From assembly GCA_000004985.1 (NCBI GenBank), contig GG739569.1: a stretch of DNA of 1,088 nt, one strand, 5' to 3'. The notes beneath the pieces are model-generated. The model made no database searches and had not been told where the DNA came from. It worked only from the letters and a program-made list of their open reading frames with translations. The DNA is from Naegleria gruberi (Eukaryota). Positions 1 through 1,088 of the stretch are shown in pieces. The translations under genes and the position numbers were made by a program. Position 1 is the first letter of the stretch. The number at the start of each line of letters is the position of its first letter.

Positions 1-285
1 CCTGCCGAAATTCCCTCAGGATAGCGGAGATTCATAATTAATTTTGCCAGGTAAAGCTAATGATTAGAGATCTTGGAGGTGGATAACCTTCAATCTATTC
101 TCAAACTTTAAATGGGCAATATCCGGGGCTTACTTAATGGAAGTACCGGTTTAATAAGAATCTCTAGTGGGCCGTGGTTTGGTAAGCAGATCAGGTAAAG
201 CGGGTTCAACCGTAAACAATAAGGAAAGGCGTCCAATACCGGTTTAATACTCATTAAAGGGTGTTAATTCATGAAGACAGCGGGA

Positions 286-336
286 CGGTGGCCATGGAAG
301 TCGGTATCCGCTAAGGAGTGTGTAACAACTCACCCG
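286..336 (+). other. GTPase-associated centre (H42-H44 equivalent; uL11/P-stalk binding region) of the LSU rRNA
   Basis: The sequence 'cggtggccatggaagtcggtatccgctaaggagtgtgtaacaactcaccc' is nearly identical to the eukaryotic consensus 'GGCCAUGGAAGUCGGAAUCCGCUAAGGAGUGUGUAACAACUCACC'. That consensus forms the H43/H44 thiostrepton-loop-equivalent region, homologous to E. coli 23S ~1051-1108. The positional assignment is from memory of the conserved LSU secondary structure, not computed. Confidence 0.6.
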
Positions 337-391
337 CCGAATGAATTAGCCCCGAAAATGGATGACGGCTAAGCCGGTAGCCGATCCTTAG

Positions 392-419
392 TCCCTCTTC
401 TAGATTTCTTGAAGAGGGG
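392..419 (+). other. Minimal expansion-segment hairpin at the ES15/D7a position (8-9 bp stem, 10-nt loop)
   Basis: Read directly: 'ccctcttc' (393-400) is the exact reverse complement of 'gaagaggg' (411-418), with a possible t392·g419 wobble pair and a 10-nt loop 'tagatttctt'. It sits just upstream of the conserved 'taggcaggcgtg'. At the same position yeast has the helix 'GUCAGGG...CCCUGAC'. The sequences differ but the pairing is preserved. Confidence 0.55.
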
Positions 420-1088
420 GTAGGCAGGCGTGATGGTTGCAACGAAGCTCTTGGGTGACTGGGAGTGGAGCGGACATCAGTGCAGATCTTGGTAGTAGTA
501 GCAACCATTCTTACGAGTTTCAACTTCTCCATGAGCAATCATGGATTCAGAAGCTTTGAAGGTCGTTGTGGACCAGGTTTCCTTACCTCTGGCGCTCATG
601 TAAGGGTTAGTCGGTCCTAACTCGGTGGTTAACACTAGAAATAGTCCTAAAGCAGGAATTACCGAGGAAAGGGAATCAGGTTAATATTCCTGAACCCGAG
701 TCATGGAGGATGCCTTCGGGTGTCAAGTCTGACGCGGCGACGCGGAGTGTGGATTAGAGCCATGTGCGTGGAGCTCCGGTAGAGTTATCTCTTCTCCTTA
801 ATAGCCAACACTTGATCATGAAGCCTCGGTGGAATGGCGAGTGGCGAGTAACAGAGGAGTTGCGTGCAGCAGAGATTCTGTTATTTGCGGGTTAGAAGGG
901 CAAGTCTTTATGGCTTGTGAGGGTCTTCGCGTGCATAAGTTAAAATCTAATTCAGCTCTGGACTCAATCCTATGACTCGGTCCGTACCGTAGTCCGCATC
1001 AGGTGTCCGAGGCTAGCAGCCTCTGACCTATTAGAGCAATGTAGGTAAGGGAAGTCGGCAAAATAGACTTGTTGCTTCGGTGGAAAGG

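Larger units (their letters stand above)
1..1088 (+). rRNA. Partial eukaryotic nuclear-type large-subunit rRNA (25S/28S-like), internal fragment spanning roughly domains II-IV; both ends run off the window
   Basis: Read directly: long, collinear runs match conserved eukaryotic LSU sequence as I recall it from S. cerevisiae 25S and human 28S. Examples: 'cctgccgaaattccctcaggatagc' at 1-25, 'ctattctcaaactttaaatgg' at ~94-116, 'ctagtgggcc' ~164-173, 'ggtaagcaga' ~181-190, 'gacggtggccatggaagtcggtatccgctaaggagtgtgtaacaactcaccc' ~284-334, 'gccgaatgaattagccccgaaaatggatg' ~335-363, 'taggcaggcgtg' ~421-432, 'agtgcagatcttggtagtagtagcaa' ~479-504, 'ggttagtcggtcctaa' ~605-620, 'gagttatctcttctccttaatagcc' ~782-806, and 'aatgtaggtaagggaagtcggcaaaatagac' ~1038-1068. 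The motif 'GUGUAACAACUCACC' is eukaryote-specific; bacteria have 'GCGUAAUAGCUCACU' at the homologous position. The spacing between landmarks matches yeast 25S within a few tens of nucleotides, so the gene is not interrupted. There is no credible sense-strand ORF. Confidence 0.92.

Noticed and set aside
270-300. A plus-strand 'ATG' at 271 ('catgaagacagcgggacggtgg') that could look like a gene start
   Set aside because: The reading frame hits stop codons quickly and the track reports no + strand ORF. The surrounding bases are conserved rRNA ('AGACAGC.GGACGGUGGCCAUGG').
311-538. A 75-aa ORF on the minus strand (MLMEKLKLVRMVATTTKICTDVRSTPSHPRASLQPSRLPTPSSRNLEEGLRIGYRLSRHPFSGLIHSAGELLHTP) from the supplied six-frame track
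   Set aside because: It lies entirely antisense within the most conserved part of the LSU rRNA, across the GTPase-associated centre. It begins with a TTG rather than ATG codon at 536-538, and its product is Ser/Pro/Arg/Thr-rich with no recognisable domain or signal. I see no RBS or Kozak context. Spurious ORFs of this size are routine inside rRNA genes.
835-848. Tandem 7-mer 'tggcgag tggcgag'. A similar 'gacgcgg c gacgcgg' is at 731-745.
   Set aside because: Only two copies of a 7-mer inside a variable rRNA segment. This is too short to call a microsatellite or regulatory repeat, and such local duplications are typical slippage products in expansion-segment-like regions.
1-1088. Bacterial 23S, archaeal 23S or organellar (mitochondrial/plastid) LSU rRNA as the alternative identity
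   Set aside because: Signature stretches are the eukaryotic versions: 'GUGUAACAACUCACC' rather than bacterial 'GCGUAAUAGCUCACU', 'GGGAAGUCGGCAAAAUAGA' rather than E. coli 'GGAACUAGGCAAAAUGGUGCC', and 'UUCUCAAACUUUAAAUGG'. The overall collinearity is with yeast 25S. The AT-richness and 'gttaatattcctg' look superficially bacterial-like but sit within a eukaryotic framework.
1-1088. Group I/II intron, homing-endonuclease ORF or R-element-type retrotransposon insertion in the rDNA
   Set aside because: The distance between conserved landmarks matches yeast 25S to within a few tens of nucleotides. No sense-strand ORF is present. The known insertion hotspots (R1/R2 site and the L1923-L2500-type intron sites in the peptidyl-transferase region) lie downstream of this window.

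Overview
The whole 1088-nt window reads as one uninterrupted, partial large-subunit (LSU) rRNA gene of eukaryotic nuclear type (25S/28S-like) on the + strand, truncated at both ends. I recognise this from memory of yeast 25S and human 28S rRNA: runs of identical or near-identical conserved sequence appear in the same order and spacing. Examples are 'ccgaaattccctcaggatagc', 'ttctcaaactttaaatgg', 'tagtgggcc...ttggtaagcaga', 'gacggtggccatggaagtcgg.atccgctaaggagtgtgtaacaactcacc.gccgaatgaa.tagccc.gaaaatggatg', 'taggcaggcgtg', 'agtgcagatcttggt.gtagtagcaa', 'ggttagtcgg.tcctaa', 'gagttatct.ttct.cttaa.agc', 'tccg...cagg...ccgagg..agcagcctct', and 'aatgtag.taagggaagtcggcaaaatagа'-type 3' motifs. The region corresponds roughly to domains II-IV of the LSU, from upstream of the GTPase-associated centre to the 'GGGAAGUCGGCAAAAUAGA' motif. 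The sequence is fairly AT-rich (about 45% GC by eye). At the position of expansion segment ES15 (D7a) it has only a short hairpin, and it diverges from yeast and human in several normally conserved stretches. That points to a compact-rRNA, probably protist or early-diverging eukaryote lineage, but I cannot name the taxon without a database search. I find no protein-coding gene, mobile element, intron, CRISPR array or defence/accessory system. The single 75-aa ORF in the track is antisense to the rRNA and I consider it spurious. My honest conclusion is that this is an ordinary structural RNA locus, not a novel system.
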